Source: the human T2T-CHM13v2.0 reference genome, Homo sapiens
Reading direction: 5' to 3' (one strand)
NCBI RefSeq assembly: GCF_009914755.1
Contig: NC_060939.1
Length of the DNA stretch: 64,000 nucleotides
The notes below the pieces were generated by a model. It had not been told where the DNA came from and searched no databases. It worked only from the letters and a program-made list of their open reading frames with translations. The translations under genes and the position numbers were made by a program. Shown in pieces: positions 41,165 to 58,753 of the stretch (position 1 is the first letter of the stretch; every line of letters begins with the position of its first letter).

Positions 41165-43599
41165 CTACATTGATAATTTTTGTGTAATCTAAAATTGTGT
41201 TTGTTCCTCCTTGGTCTAACACCCTCAGATTCCACCAGCATATATATTAGCCAAGTTTGCATCCATGTATATTAGCAAAAACTCAGTTCAAGTGGCACGT
41301 GGCATGTAAGCTTTCTCCCTGTGGACTTTATAATGGCAGCTGCACCTTCCCTGCTGGGGACTGACTTCAGTCTGGATATGACAAGGGGTGGTGAGGGAGA
41401 AACATCGGGAGACTGCCTTCCCAGGTGAGATACTGGGGCCGGGTGGAAACGCTGCACCCGACAGAGGTCCCAGCCTGCCTGGGTTGGCAAGCACAGTTGA
41501 GAGGGATCCTGAGTCTTCCCAATCCTCTCCCCACCCCCCACCCCCACCAGCATCCACCAGAGTGTCAGACCTCATGCTTCCTAAATCAACGACAGTGTTC
41601 GGGAACCAGGCAAGGCCATGAACACAACTGCTGGTGTGCTCAGCAACCAGAAGGATCACACTCTGAAACCCTCTGCTCCTTTCTTGTTGCCCCCGCCTTT
41701 TGTTTCAGTGCAATCACTGCAAGTTCACGACATGCCAGGAGCTGAAAGTTTCAGAATCTGGGCTCTGCATTCTTTTTCTTTAAGCTAATCAGCAGGAGCC
41801 CCTGAATATCCAATTCCCCACTGCCTGCCATGGACGGTGAGGAGTCCACCACTCAACCCTGGCTGTACTTTCACTAGCTCTGCCCTTAAACTGGGCAAAT
41901 TACCAGTCCCACATGCCCTGCCCCTATTTCCTGGAGGGTCTACCACCTGCCTCCACTCCTTATTCCAATCCTGCCTTGTTCTGGGTTTTGACTTCCAAGC
42001 AACAGAATCAAGTTGGCAGAGCAAGGTGGAAAATGGCATTTACCTAAACAATGTTGGAGAGGGCCCAGAATCGCTAGGAGGGCAAAAGGAAAGGCTGAAG
42101 GCTACAGAGCCAAGAACAGTGCCCCACATCCTGCCCAGAGCAGCCAAAATCCCCTGAGTGACAAATGACAGATGACGGATGACACTCCAAGCCAAGCCCT
42201 GGCGAGCCCTCACACCATGCCAGGGCTGCCCAGGACGCCCACCTAGCTGCAAACGTGGCCACCAACAGCTCTCTCACTCTGTTTGCCTCACTGCCTCCCA
42301 AGAGACAAAGTCTAGGCAGATGTGGCCCAGGCAGGCCAGTGGCTCCCGTGCACCCAGGATGTATGGGGATCACTCAGTTTGGGTCATATCACAGCCCATT
42401 GCCTCCCTGCACCCCATACTCCTGACACCCCAGCCTTTCTGGGACCCTTATCCACAGTCTTCCAGTTTAAATGAAAGAAAGTAGACCTCAAAGACAGGCC
42501 AATGTATTGAATGTATAATAATCAAGCCAGGGTATCCATCACCCTAGTGTTTCCCATTTCTATGTGTTAGGTACGTTTCAACTCTCTTCTCGCTATGTTG
42601 AAATGTATTATACACACTGTTGTTAACTATAGCCACTCTACTCTGCTATCAAACATTAGAACTTATTTTTTTCTATCCAACTGTATGATTATACCCCATA
42701 AATATGTACAAATATAATGTATCAAAAAGAAAGAAAGAAAGAGGCCAGTGGAAGGCATTCAAAAACAACACACAAACCTGACAACTCTGTTTTCGCCCAC
42801 CAGGGCTCAGTGAAACTCTTCTTAGGCATCACACAAGAGAGAAGGAAAACTGGCAAGTTCACAACATAAACACGCCGAGACAGGTAGACATACCGCTAAC
42901 TTTATGGTGATCTGGCTATCTGAATAGAAATAGAAAGAGTGCTATACCATGTCAGGAGACGAAAACCTAACACTTTGCCTGCCATCTATAATTGCTTGAC
43001 AGCATAATTGATCATGTAACTGACAACTGTCCCATCATCCTATTCTCAAGCACTGATAAAGTGATGTAACACTACCAACGGCACATGGGATCTTCCCTAA
43101 ACAGTGTGATCTGCACCAACCAGGGATCACACAGTTAATACCACTGGAATTTTAAAAAGCTTTCTCTAAACAAAAGCATCAAAAAGCTATCTTAAAATAA
43201 ATGAAAAGCAGACAAGTTAGTCCTATAGCCTTGAGTATTTATCCTAGATGATGTCCTAGTGGCTAGTGAACTAGAAATAGACTCTATCTGTGGAAATGAG
43301 GGAAATATTTTTTAAAATAACAACGCCCATTAGAAGAATCCAGCTGCCTTCTCAAAATGACAGAGCCAGAGCAGTTCTTTGTCATCGCTATGGCTCGGGG
43401 CCTGGGGATCACAAACCTCCAGGTATTCACCGGGTCTGCACTGACCAGAAAGCATCACTCCCTCCCTATGTCAGGCATTTGGACATAATGTGGATGGTTA
43501 ATAAAAGGCACAGCAAGCTGAGAAAGACTCACCAGACCCACCTTGGAGGACCCAACAACTGACCCGGAGCACACTGCGGAAATTTCAACTCATCTCATC

Positions 43600-43900
43600 T
43601 GTTCACTCGCTCCTTCCGTAAATCGGTACTGAGCACCTGCCGTAGGCCAAGCACGGTCCTAGAAACAGGATGGACACAGCTACCAAGGCCTCAGCCTCAG
43701 CCTGAGGGAGCCCATGTTCCAGGAGGGAAGACAGATGAGAAACAGAATTTAATTTCAGATAGTGAGGAGCATGTAACAGAAGACAAGAGCAAGCGGGGAG
43801 GACACAGGGCAGGAATGCGGGCTGGGAGAGGGGCCAGCCATCCAGAGGAGAGGCGGGGAGAGCCTTCTCTGAAAGGGACTGCTGGGTGAGACGTGAAGCA
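43600..43900. mobile_element. L2 fragment
   Basis: 'tactgagcacctgccgtaggccaagcacggtcctag...ggagcccatgttccaggaggg'. Confidence 0.55.
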
Positions 43901-44334
43901 TAAGAAGGCATTACTGGGACCTCGGAGTCAGCTTAAGGGCAGAATCTCACACCCTTGTCTTAGAAAAAAGGAATGAGAAGTTTTCTAGACAGGGAAGAAA
44001 AGGCACCCATGCTTACAATGGGAGGGAACAGGCAGAGTTCAGGTGACTGCAAGAGGCCACTGTGGCTGGGCACAGAGAGCACACAGGAGCTGCACAAGAC
44101 AGGTCTGCTGGTGGCCACAGAGCCAGGACAGCGAGGTCGTGGGGAAGAAAGGGAAGGGCTTTAAGCTGCTGGGGCTGACACAGTCAGAACTACAACACAC
44201 ACAGAAAAGCGTAACAGGTCTTTCTTCTTCCAAATAAGCCTATCTTTTACGCTTTTCTGAATTAGTTGGTCCTCCTGTTTTGGCTTGAAGTGGTAGGGTT
44301 TACTCTATTTTTTGGCTTGAATTGGTAGGGTTTA

Positions 44335-44929
<595 letters not shown>

Positions 44930-45415
44930 CTCCTTAGCCATTTTTAAGTTACGGTTCTACGGCACAACGTACATTCACATTGTTGTGCAACCATCACCAC
45001 CAAACATGCACAGAGCTCTTTTTATCATGCAAAACTGAAACTGCTCCCACTGAACACTGCTCCTCTGCTGTCCCTGGCAACCACCATCCTACTTCCTGCT
45101 TCTATGAGTCTGGCTACTCTGGGTACCTCATATAAGTGGAATCACACAGTATTTGTCCTTTGGGGACTGGCTTATTTCACTTAGCATAATATCTTCAAAG
45201 TCTATCCATGTCATAGTATGTGTCAGAATTTCCTTCCTTTTTAAGAATGAATAGTATTCCATGGTATGGAGAGACCCCATTTTATTGATCCATTCATCCA
45301 AGGATGGGTTCCTGGGTTGCTTCCACCTCTTAACTATTTTGGTTGATGCTGTTATGAACATGGATAAACAAGTATCTCTTCAAGTCCCTGCTTTTAATTC
45401 TTTGGGTATATACCC
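44930..45415 (-). mobile_element. L1MB-like 3' end fragment
   Basis: ORF 45128..45361 gives L1 ORF2 C-terminus ('KRWKQP...DEWINKM...LSEISQ'). Confidence 0.85.
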
Positions 45416-45819
45416 AGACTTGCTTTTAATGAGACTCTCTACATGTTAACTTCTTGCTTTTAATGAGACTGTCTACATGTTAGTCACATGTGATTTACAA
45501 CAGGAGGTAAGAGCAGGCTGGGTGAATCATAATAGTGTCCATTAATGCTGCACGTACACAGAGGACTCCTATGGTGCCAGTGAACAAAGGAGCAGACACC
45601 TGCTCCCAGGACCACACAAAACTCACCACTGCAGACATAGATGACTACCTCCATTCTAACACATAACATAATTTGGTCTCAGGTACTTAGTGAGGAGAGT
45701 TTCCATTTTTCCTCCAAAGACACCTAGCAGAGAAAGAATGTCATGTTTGATGGGAGAATTTTTAAATTAGCTTCAGAAACCAATTACATACCTCAGGCTT
45801 AAAAAAAGACAGCAAAATT

Positions 45820-46113
<294 letters not shown>

Positions 46114-46609
46114 ATCCCCCAAAAAACTTTTTCAAACCCACAATCTGACTTTAAATTTCATAAAGAAGGTGATCAACAAAGATTGGTCTTGGTCTATTAC
46201 CAAAATGATGTCAAATTTTCCATTCTCTTTCTTTGTTCTTTACATTTCCACTCCGATTTTATGTAAATGAAATTGAACTTTTACTAGAGCTGTTTAAACA
46301 CATTCTATTAAATACAACTGTATTTTATATTTTCTTTTATTTTTATATTATATAAATTTGTATTTATAAAACAGATTTTATTAAAAGTATTTTTGCTCTG
46401 AATAATTGTATTCCATACATGTAAATATAAAAAATTGCTACATGGCCCTTTAAGGAATTTAATAATTTTACAAAATACAGTAACACTGCAGAAGAAAGAC
46501 ATAAGAAGTTTTACTGTTAGGAACATTCTCCAAGCCAGAAAAATAGGCATTAGAGTAAGGACATTTCCACATTCAATATTAATTGATACTTGGAGCAGAA
46601 TAATTCACA

Positions 46610-46845
46610 GTTAGTAGTCAGATTGATAGAGACAGGAGGTATAACAGTGGTTGCCAGCAGCTGGGGGCAGAGAATAGGAAAATGTTGAAGGGGTACAGAG
46701 CTTCACTTTTGCAAGATGAGAAGTTCTGGAGGTGTATGATGTTGATGGCTGCACGCCCCATGTGAATGTACCTACTACTGAACTGTACGCTTTAAAATTG
46801 TTAACATGGTAAATTTTATACATGTATTTTACCACAATTAACATT
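46610..46845 (+). mobile_element. L1MB 3' UTR fragment
   Basis: 'gtggttgccagcagctggggg...gcaagatgagaagttctggag...ggtaaattttatacatgtattttaccacaat'. Confidence 0.75.
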
Positions 46846-48927
46846 TTTTTCTTAAGGTTTTCAAATAAAAAATTCGGTAGTTATTTGAATAACTAATGCT
46901 AGGCAGGACTGGTCAGCAGGAAAAAGCTGCTCCAAAGGTGGCTGAGGGTAAGGAAAGCCTTCGTAACCCCTCAGGCAAATCAACAAAGAGATATTTTACT
47001 ACAGGAAGGTGCTACATCTGCCTCAGAGCAGAAGTGGTGCAGCACTGATTTAGGTTCTGAATTTCTTCAGGTCTAACACTGACATTCTTCACATGCTAAC
47101 AGTTCTGATGTTCAGGTGCCTCACAGAAGCAATGTCAAAAGAAATATGCTATCTGCCAAGCAAAGAAACAAACTGAGAAACAGCTGTGTCTGCCTGTGCA
47201 TGCATAAACTTAACCAGGCATAAAGGGTTCCTAGTGACACGTATCTGCATGGCAGTACCACAGAGTACTGCCATGTAGTTGAATTTGAATTGTCCTGTAA
47301 ATGCCTCCAAAAAGATTTCACGATGATATACAACTGAGACTGAACACTACTGTGTGGACAGAAGGTTGCCTTCCATCGGGCTAAGCTCCACAATTAAGTA
47401 AAAACTGCCAAATCTTTTGGGCAGATCATAAAATGTTCGAAGTCAGGACAAGCTGGTGAGACTGACTCACACACTGTAAGGACTATCACTGAACATTTTT
47501 CTGTCCTAAGTCCCAGCTGACTTTCCATGACAGTTGTTTAATTTCCACAGATACATAATGCAATTATGGAAAAAGTGAAAATCCGATATTTACCAAAGAA
47601 GAAATGCAGACATCTGGTAGTTTTTAAAATGCTTTGAAATTATGCTGTCAATGCTAAAAGGACACAAAAGGTCAAGAACATGAGCATGGAATATGAACAG
47701 TATTAAAGCTGTCAGGCAAAGCTATCAATGGCCAAAAGAGATAACAGAAAACATTATCCTATGAATGAAAAGAAAGCTTAAGAGTCCAGTTTTGTGATCT
47801 TGAGTAAAACAACAGTATGATGTGTGGGATAAATGTAGCTGCCACTGGGTAGATATTTTATGAAAGCTATGTTTATTATAGTATTTCTTTTTTCTAAAAC
47901 AATGCTGCTTAGTGGAGGGTAGGCTTTATAAGAGTAGGTACATGACTAGTCTTTTGCTGCAGTGATTTAGTTTGTGATGATCCACGTCATTTTTGCCACA
48001 GTGTACAACAGCTGCTGAAGGCCACCCTTGTCTCTCACTTTTCATTATTAAACCAAAGCAAACTCTTCTGATGAAGTTAGAATACATTTTTTTAAGTTAG
48101 TCAAATGTGGACACTATAAATCTAACCTCTAGTACTATGGATAAGCAATGGAAAACATCTTGTAATGTTAATCCTAAATAAACACTAAGCAATGTTTAAT
48201 GTTTAAGATTGATGCCATTGACTATGCTTAGCTGAGAAGAAAACATGTGATTAACCAAGGGAAGGACTTAAAGGATATGTAATAATTCTATATCACCATT
48301 AGACATTTAAATTTCACAAAGAGGTTCAACAACTTGAGGAAGCTACTGCTGCCTTTGCCACAGAACCTTCTATCTCAACAATGAAACTCTATCTCATTGC
48401 CCTCTATCTCAACAATGAAACTTAGGAGACTTCTGATACGACACATTGGGAGATCACTTTATGTTGGACACTCAAAATAGAAAGCCTGAAATGGTACCAA
48501 AATTGACAGCTCTAATACACAAGGGAAAGCCCTACCCTGTGACACTGTAATATTAAAGCAAGCATCTTTTTTAAGATAAAAGTACCACACAGTGGAAGGA
48601 AAGCAATGAAACATCTGCAGACCCTGAGAACAAAAGAACTCCAAAATCGCCAACAGATAATCAGTGCAAAGTGCTGGAGCCAGTATAAAAATGCAGAGTC
48701 CAATTTGCAAAACAAAACTACTGGGAGTAGAAACCAACTTGGGAAGAAGATAGGTAATAGGGGTAAAAAAAAAGAAGGAAAAGGATGATACAAGTGGCAG
48801 ACTAGAGAAGAGGAGCCAGATGTCAAAAAGTACATGGCCAAACCAATCGCCACTTTGTGAAAATAACGAGAATGTGTGCTAGAGCTATGAAACTAGAAAT
48901 CTATCCTATATATAAACAGATAAAATT

Positions 48928-49697
<770 letters not shown>

Positions 49698-49704
49698 CAC
49701 ATTG

Positions 49705-50835
49705 ATTCTATTTTTAAAAATGAGTAAAAGACTTGAATAGACATTTCTCAAAAGAAAATATAAAATGGTCAACAAGCATATGAAAAGATGTTCAACATCA
49801 TTCACCATTAAGGAAATGCAAGTCAAAACCACAACAAGGTATCACCTCACCCTCATCAGGATGGCTATCATTAACAACAACAATAACAAAACATAATAAC
49901 AAGTGTTGGAGAGGATGTGGAAAAATTCAAACCCTTATAGACTCCTGGTAGGAATAAAAAATGGTGCAGCCACTGTGGAAAACAATTTGTCTGTTCCTCA
50001 AAAAATTAAAATTAGGATTGCCATGAGATCCAGCAATTCCATCTCTGGGTATATATCGAAAAAATGGAAATCAGGGTCCAAGAGAGATATCTGTACACCC
50101 ATGTTCATAGCAGCACTATTCACAATAGCCAAGAGGTGGAAGCAGCCCAAGTATTCACTGTTAGATGAATAAATAAAATGTGGTATAGACATACAATGGA
50201 ATTCAGCCTTTACAAGGAAGGAGATTCTGATACATGCTAAACATGGATGAATCTTGATGAGGCTAAGTGAAATAAGGCAGTCACAAAAGGACAAATACTG
50301 TATGATTCCACTTCTATGAGGTATGTAAAATAACCAAATTCATAGAAACAGAAAGTAGAAGGGGAGTTATCAGGGGCTGGGTTGGGGGTAAAAGTTTCTC
50401 AAGATGAAAAAGTTCTGGGGGTTAGTTGCACAACAGTGTGAATATACTTAACAATATTGAACTGTACACTTACAATGGATAAGATGGGGCCGGGTGGCTC
50501 ACATCTGTAGTCCCAGCGCTTTGGGAGGCCAAGGTGGGCAGATATCTTGGGTCCAGGATTCAAGACCAGCCTGGTCAATATGGCAAAACCCCATCTCTAC
50601 TAAAAAAATACAAAAAATTAGCCAGGCATTGTGGTGCATGCCTGTAATCCTAGCTACTCAGAGGCTGAGACACGAGAATTGCTTAAACTTGGGAGACAGA
50701 GGTGCAGTGAGCTGAGATCATGCCACTGCACTCCAGCCTGGGCGAGAGAGCGAGATTCTGTCTAAAAAAAAAAAAAAAAAAAAAGTTAAGATGGTAAATT
50801 TTATGTTACGTGTATTTTACCACAATTTTTAAAAA
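49705..50835 (+). mobile_element. L1MB-like 3' fragment interrupted by an Alu (50487-50784)
   Basis: ORF 49903..50172 'DICTPMFIAALFTIAKRWKQPK'; 3' UTR resumes after the Alu with 'ttaagatggtaaattttatg'. Confidence 0.85.
50487..50784 (+). mobile_element. Alu (S/J) SINE
   Basis: Alu dimer with poly(A); 'taagatgg' repeated on both flanks. Confidence 0.9.
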
Positions 50836-51193
50836 TTGAATTAAGCTGAATATACTGAAATATACTGAAAAATACTGAATATACTGAAAAGGTACATCAC
50901 ATACCTAAGAAAAACAATCCAGAGAAGCCATAACAAGACATATTCTAGTAAAACTATTAAAGAAGAAAGGATAATGGGACCACAAAATCATAAGAGACTT
51001 CCAGCACTATTTGTTATGCTTCAATCCTTTAGAGGGAAACAACTGTACCATGAAGCACATAAGAAAAGAGTTATATTTTTCATCATAAGAGGTGCATAAA
51101 TGAGGATTTGTTATATTATCCTCTATACTGGTCTACACACTTGTAATATTTGATCACACATTCCCACAAATGATTCAGGGAACCTACTGGCTC

Positions 51194-51887
<694 letters not shown>

Positions 51888-54770
51888 TTCATTCATCTTT
51901 TAGCAGTTTCCATAATTCAAGAGTTCACAGACTAGTGCTGTTGTTGGGGCAAAACTTGAGCCAGGAGCTCAATATCACCTAGTCCCAATTCTTCTTCACC
52001 TTCTGCTCTGCCCAGTTCATCCCTGGACTCCTCACAGAACCCCTCAGGCTCTCCTATGACCATGATTAAATGTCTATAGCAGTCCCAGCCTAAATCCTCA
52101 TACCAGAGTAAGCAAGGGCATTGCTTCTAGAAACTCCCATTCAGGCTCCTGGAACTCCCTCTCTCAGGCTGACTGAAATTGGCTCCTGAAACAATCTCTG
52201 TGTCAAGACAGTGAGATCCAATGATTCAGAGTCAGAGTGAGTTGGGGTGGAGTCAATCCTAAGAATGGAAAAGGGAAACTGAGGTGAATGAAGGAGAAAT
52301 GGATTCTGTGAGGCACCCACAACAAGGACAGCAGAGACCACAGTTCTGGTGGCTGTTTCTTACCCTCCAGACACTGTCCCTCTGCTGAGCTCCTTCAAAC
52401 CCTCCAGACATGATCAGACTCATCTGGACTTACTGTGGGGACATATCTAGGCCCCAACTCTGTCAAATATGTATAGTGACTTCCATCTAAAAGGCACAAG
52501 GTTCTTTACAGATAGGACAACCTTGATAGCACTCATCTGAGAAAGAGAACAAATTAGAAATAATCATCCTTCACTTCCTAACACTCACACAAAAAAAAAC
52601 AAACCTAAGGGAAAGCAAGTGCATATTAAAACAGAGTTGATCACCAATGAGCAAGTCCTACCAAAGATGGCAGAGAAGCTGAAAAGGTCCTCTAGGAACT
52701 CACTCAATAAATGCTCATTTATTCCATTTATTGCAAAGCCAAGAATTGTAAATAATTTAACTCACTTAGGAAAGGATCTTCTCCATTATTTTATCTGAAT
52801 GTTATCTGATCTTGATGTTCTGAAGTCTGACAGTTACCAAAGCGAGTAAAAATCCTCATGTTTTCCATGCTAGGAAAATCATTAATAGTTTATCCAAACT
52901 GAAACTTTCTTGGCAACTGTTGCTTCCTTGTTCTTGCCATAAATTAACTGTTTTTAAAAAGCTAAAATCTAAAGAATTTCCAGGACCTTAAAACCATTAG
53001 AATACAAAGACACTCTAATTTAAATAAAATTCATAACCAAAAGTTAACTCACCTAAACACAATGTTTCCTTGTGTCATTTATCTCCTTTGAAGCCCAATC
53101 AATAACAGATTCATTCATTCACTCACGCAGCAAACATTTAGTAAGTGCTCTAAATATACCTGAAGGGACCTCACACATCATCTTTCCTGAGCTCTTCCTT
53201 TACAGATTAGGAGATTGAGGTCAAAGAGAGCAAGTGATCTGCCCACAGTCACACAGCAAATATGAGAATCCATGGGTGCGATCAGATTTCCTCACCTCTG
53301 GCCTGACACGTTATCCACCCTGCCATGTTTCCTTGGCTACAGCAGGCCAATGATGCAATCGGCCTCCAGCAGAGAACACTACTGTAGTAAATACCAATAG
53401 CTGTCAAATTTATGGCCACGCAACATGGTTTGAACACCCTTCCTACAACTGGAAGATCTCCCATATGAGTTCCTTCTCCTGAAATGTAGAGGCAAAAGCT
53501 CATCCAATCCTCCCTGCAGCTAGAGCTCAGGCATATGGCTTGGCTTTGCCAATCAGGGGAGCAGTGTGACGTAGTGGGCACAAGCAGGGTAGGCAGCAGT
53601 GGCAAAGCTTCTAGTGTTTGACCTGCAGGGAGCTGGCACTTCCATGCTGAGCGATGGTCACAGAGCTGTCTTCACTTGTCACTGCCCATCGGTGAGATTT
53701 GGGCACTGATCCTGGCTATATAGAATTCTGTGAAACTGGCTAAAATGGACTCTGGGGTGGGGATTGCATCTAAGAACCCTGACCTCTGTGCTTCATTATT
53801 ACGTGCTCAATACATATGCCTGGAGCTATATACAAAATAAAGGGAGCCTCTGCTCAAAACTTCACTGTGCATCATAAGATACCAGTTCTCAGCTATCTAT
53901 CTGAGTCTTAAGACTTTTTAAAAACTAAATGGTTCTTTTCTATTAAAAAATAAGACAATGATGGGACTACTTCACTTTTAACAATATATGCTGAATTATC
54001 AAATGCCTATTTAAAAAAAAAAAAAGATCAAGAAGGTGGCAGAGCAAATCCCAGTATTAAAATACTCCTTCACCAAAATCCAACAGCAAAGCAAAGCTGG
54101 TCCTCGTGGCTTTTTGGAAGCAAGAAGCAAGGGAGAAGCAAGTAAACAAAACCCTGAACCATTTCCCTAACAGCTCCCATCTTAAAGAATAACAGAAGGG
54201 AAAGAGCTGAAGGCAGCCTCCAGAGAATAAGTAGCATTTTCCCCAAAACCTTCATGTCATCTATTTTTTCCAGAGATGGAAAAAATGCTGTGACTCCCTG
54301 CTGGAAGAAAAGCAAGAAACGCTTCCCTGTGGTTACAGATGGTAAATGCTTAAACGTGACAATGTCAAAGGAACAGTCTCCTAAATTGGACAGCATGGAG
54401 TGGGAAATGGAAAGACACATAAGGGCCTTCCTTTCCTCTCCCCATCTTGATGAGCAGTCCTCAAGATATGGCCTAAAATTCATAAACCTAGAAACAGAGG
54501 CGGCCTGAGATTTAAAGTGAAAATGTAGCCAACAACAAAACAAAAAAACTCGGGAGACAGAAGGGGAAATGTGATAATTTTTTCATTTTTCATAGCAAGT
54601 GAACAATAGATATAATTTAAGAGTTGCTAAATCAAGAAACAGAAGGTTATACATAACAAATATACAGAGTTATATGAGTAACCACTGGAAAAACTAAAAG
54701 TAGACTCTAAACCGTCCAAAGCACCAGAAGGGAAACAGTACACGCACACACTCAAATAACAAAAAGGAGA

Positions 54771-54910
54771 GCAGGGCACCAGAGTGTACACCTGTAGTCC
54801 CAGCTATTCGGGAGGCCAAGGTGGGAGGATCACTTGAGCCCAGGAGTTCAAGGCCAGCCTGGGCAACATAACAAGACCCCATCTCTAAAAATAATAATAA
54901 TAACAAAAAA
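54771..54910 (+). mobile_element. Alu monomer (FLAM-like)
   Basis: Single arm 'cctgtagtcccagctattcgggagg...gagttcaaggccagcctgggcaacataacaagacc' plus A-rich tail. Confidence 0.8.
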
Positions 54911-55331
54911 CGAGGAAAATTGGCAACAGAAAAAAACCCCACAAACTAGATTATAAAGAATTAGGACTTAAAACATCTATGATAACAATAGATGCAGATG
55001 AGAGAAATTATTATTATTATTGGAAAATGATATGTTACACGTCTACAAAACAAGAGAATCCAATTTTTAAATTATTAGAAAGAATTAGAGTAGTTAGCAA
55101 GTTGACTGTTTGCAGAATTTTAAAGTACCTTTTTCCTATAAACAAGCAAAACCATTGAGAAAACAGCTGAAAAGACCCCACTCACAGTAACTCCTGAAAA
55201 GAACGGCACATCTGAACTAGATGTGGGCAGAACCTACATGAAGAAAACTGGAAAGTTCTCCAATGAGGCAAAAAGGAGAAATTAAAAGTAGCACCATGTG
55301 CTTGGATTGGAATGTTTCATACTGTAAACTT

Positions 55332-55668
<337 letters not shown>

Positions 55669-55782
55669 TCATAAATTTACTGCAAACCAATTAAAATACC
55701 AGGAGGATTTGGGAACTTACTTTGGAACTCAGCAAAATGATACTAATAGTAATCTGAAAAAAAATACACGAGAATTACCAGG

Positions 55783-56325
55783 TGTGGCTGTTTGTATTTT
55801 CCACATGCTTTTCTGCAGTGTGACCCTTGTCTTCCTCCCATCAAGAGGTAGGGCCTATGTCCCCTCCCCTTAAATGCTGGCAGGTCTGTGACTGCTTCAG
55901 CCAACTGAGTACAGAGGAAATGGCCCCATGAGACTTGTGAGCCTAGGCTGGAAAAAGCAAGCAGTTTCCACCTAGTGTTCTTGGGATACTAGCTCTGGGG
56001 GAAGCAGCCATCATGTAGGAAGTCCAACTACCCTGAGACCACAGTGCTGGAGGAGCTACAAGTATACACGTGGCTGAGGCCCCAGCTGCCAGCAGGCCAC
56101 AACTGCCAGCCATGTGAGTGGGACGTCTGGGATGTCCCACCCTGTCGAGTCCTCAGATGAGTTACAACCCCAGCTGATATCCAACACAATCACATGAGAC
56201 CTCAAGCAAGAATCACCCAGCAGAGCCGTTCCAAATTCCTCACCAACAAGATCATAAACAAAATAAAACACCTGTTTTAAACTGCTAAGTTTGAGGATAA
56301 CTTGTGATGTTACAACAGTAACTGG
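55783..56325 (+). mobile_element. MLT1F/G-like MaLR LTR
   Basis: 'ttcctcccatcaagaggtagggcctatgtcccctcccctt...aactgccagccatgtgagtg...ttttaaactgctaagtttgagg...gtaactggaa'. Confidence 0.7.
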
Positions 56326-56349
56326 AATTCCATTTAAAAGGAAGGAAGG

Positions 56350-56646
56350 GGGCCGTGCACGGTGGCTCATGCCTGTGATCCCAGCACTTTGGGAGACCGA
56401 GGCGGGCAGATCACAAGGTCAGGAGTTTGAGACCAGCCTGATCAACATGTTGAAACCCCGTCTCTACTAAAAATACAAAAGTTAGCTGCGTGTGGTGGCG
56501 CGTTGCCTGTAATCCCAGGTACTCAGGAGGCTGAGGCAAGAGAATTGCTTGAACCCAGGAGGCAGAAGGTTGCAGTGAGCCGAGATCACACCACTGCACT
56601 CCAGCCTGGGCGACAGAGCGAGACTCCGTCTCAAAAAAAAAAAAAA
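56350..56646 (+). mobile_element. AluS-like SINE
   Basis: Alu dimer with poly(A). Confidence 0.92.
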
Positions 56647-56765
56647 GGAAGGAAGGAAATGAGGAAGGGAAGGAAGGAAGGAAAGGATGGAGGGAGGAAG
56701 GGAGGGAGAGAGGGAGGAAAGGACGGAAGGAAGGAAAGAAAGGGGAGGGAAGGGGGAAGGAGAGC
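56647..56765 (+). repeat. (GGAA/GGGA)n purine-rich simple repeat grown from the Alu tail/target site
   Basis: Seen directly; 'aaaaggaaggaagg' also precedes the Alu. Confidence 0.9.
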
Positions 56766-58004
56766 CGAAGGGGATTGGCCCTATCACATTTAACAACATA
56801 ATGAATCAAAATCCATTCATAAATTCATTGAACAAATATTGAAGATCTACAGGTCCACCACAAGCTAGGCATTAGAGAGACACTGTGTTGTGCAAAATCT
56901 TTGTCTTTATGGGATTTAGATTTTAGTGAAAAAGACAAATTTCAGATAGTATTAAGTGTGCTGAAGGAAAATAAAAATCAGGATAAGAGAAAGTGCTGCT
57001 TAAAATAGAGTGCTCAGAGAGGCCTCTTGGAGGAGGTGGCTGTGGCGCTGAGCCAGGGAAGGGCCCGGGTATTCTCACCTACTGCTCTGGGGTTTGCAAA
57101 CGGTTCAGCCTGTCCTTGGGGCAATTTGAAAAATCTATTTCCATCTAAAAGGCATGGACCTCTTGACCTAGAAACCTCTTGGCTAGGAAATTACCCCATG
57201 AACATTCTTACACATGTTAGCAATACTTCCAAGTATGTTATGACAAAAATGAGATACACAAAAATGTCAGCTCAATGGGAGCTTATTAAATAAATTACAT
57301 TATAGTCATTCAATAGAGCACCATAAGACTTTTTAAAAATTACATGAGCTATATCCACTGACAAACAGCTACATGAGACACTGTTAGGTGACAATAAGAA
57401 AGGCTGGAACTGTGTGCACAGTATCTCCTCTTCTGACTCACAGAGAGAGAAGGAACCGGGGAAGAGGGAAGGATACTCATCTATGATCTGGAAGAAATCC
57501 CCCTTTCCTCGGGGAACACCTCTGGGGAGAGGAGAGAGATTTGGGTTTTTCATTTGGTACCTCTCCGTAGCACCTGAATTTTCTAACAAGATGCTGTACA
57601 ACTTTTACTTTTGTCCTTTCAATGCCCGCTAGGGTTACCTGGACCATGAGTCAGTGTTTGACAGCTTCTCCCCAAAGAAAGAATTGGGGCTACTAGACCG
57701 GACAAGGTTGGTTTTCTCTTTTGGTACTCTGTATTTCCAAAAATAACTGAATGGTATTTTTTTAAATAAAATAATTTGAAAGAATAAAGCCCTATAACAA
57801 CAAAGTATTAAACTGTTAAAATATTTTCATTCTATTGTAATTATAAGAAAGCCTGCATGGTCCCACTGCAGCAGCCACCATGACGAGCAGCACTCTCTGT
57901 AAATGCAGCCCTTCCACGCTGCTCAGGGTGACCCACCCCAGTGAGCTGGCTACTTGCATATTCCCAGATCCCCCACCTGCGCCAGGCAGGCATATGCTAG
58001 ATCA

Positions 58005-58753
<749 letters not shown>

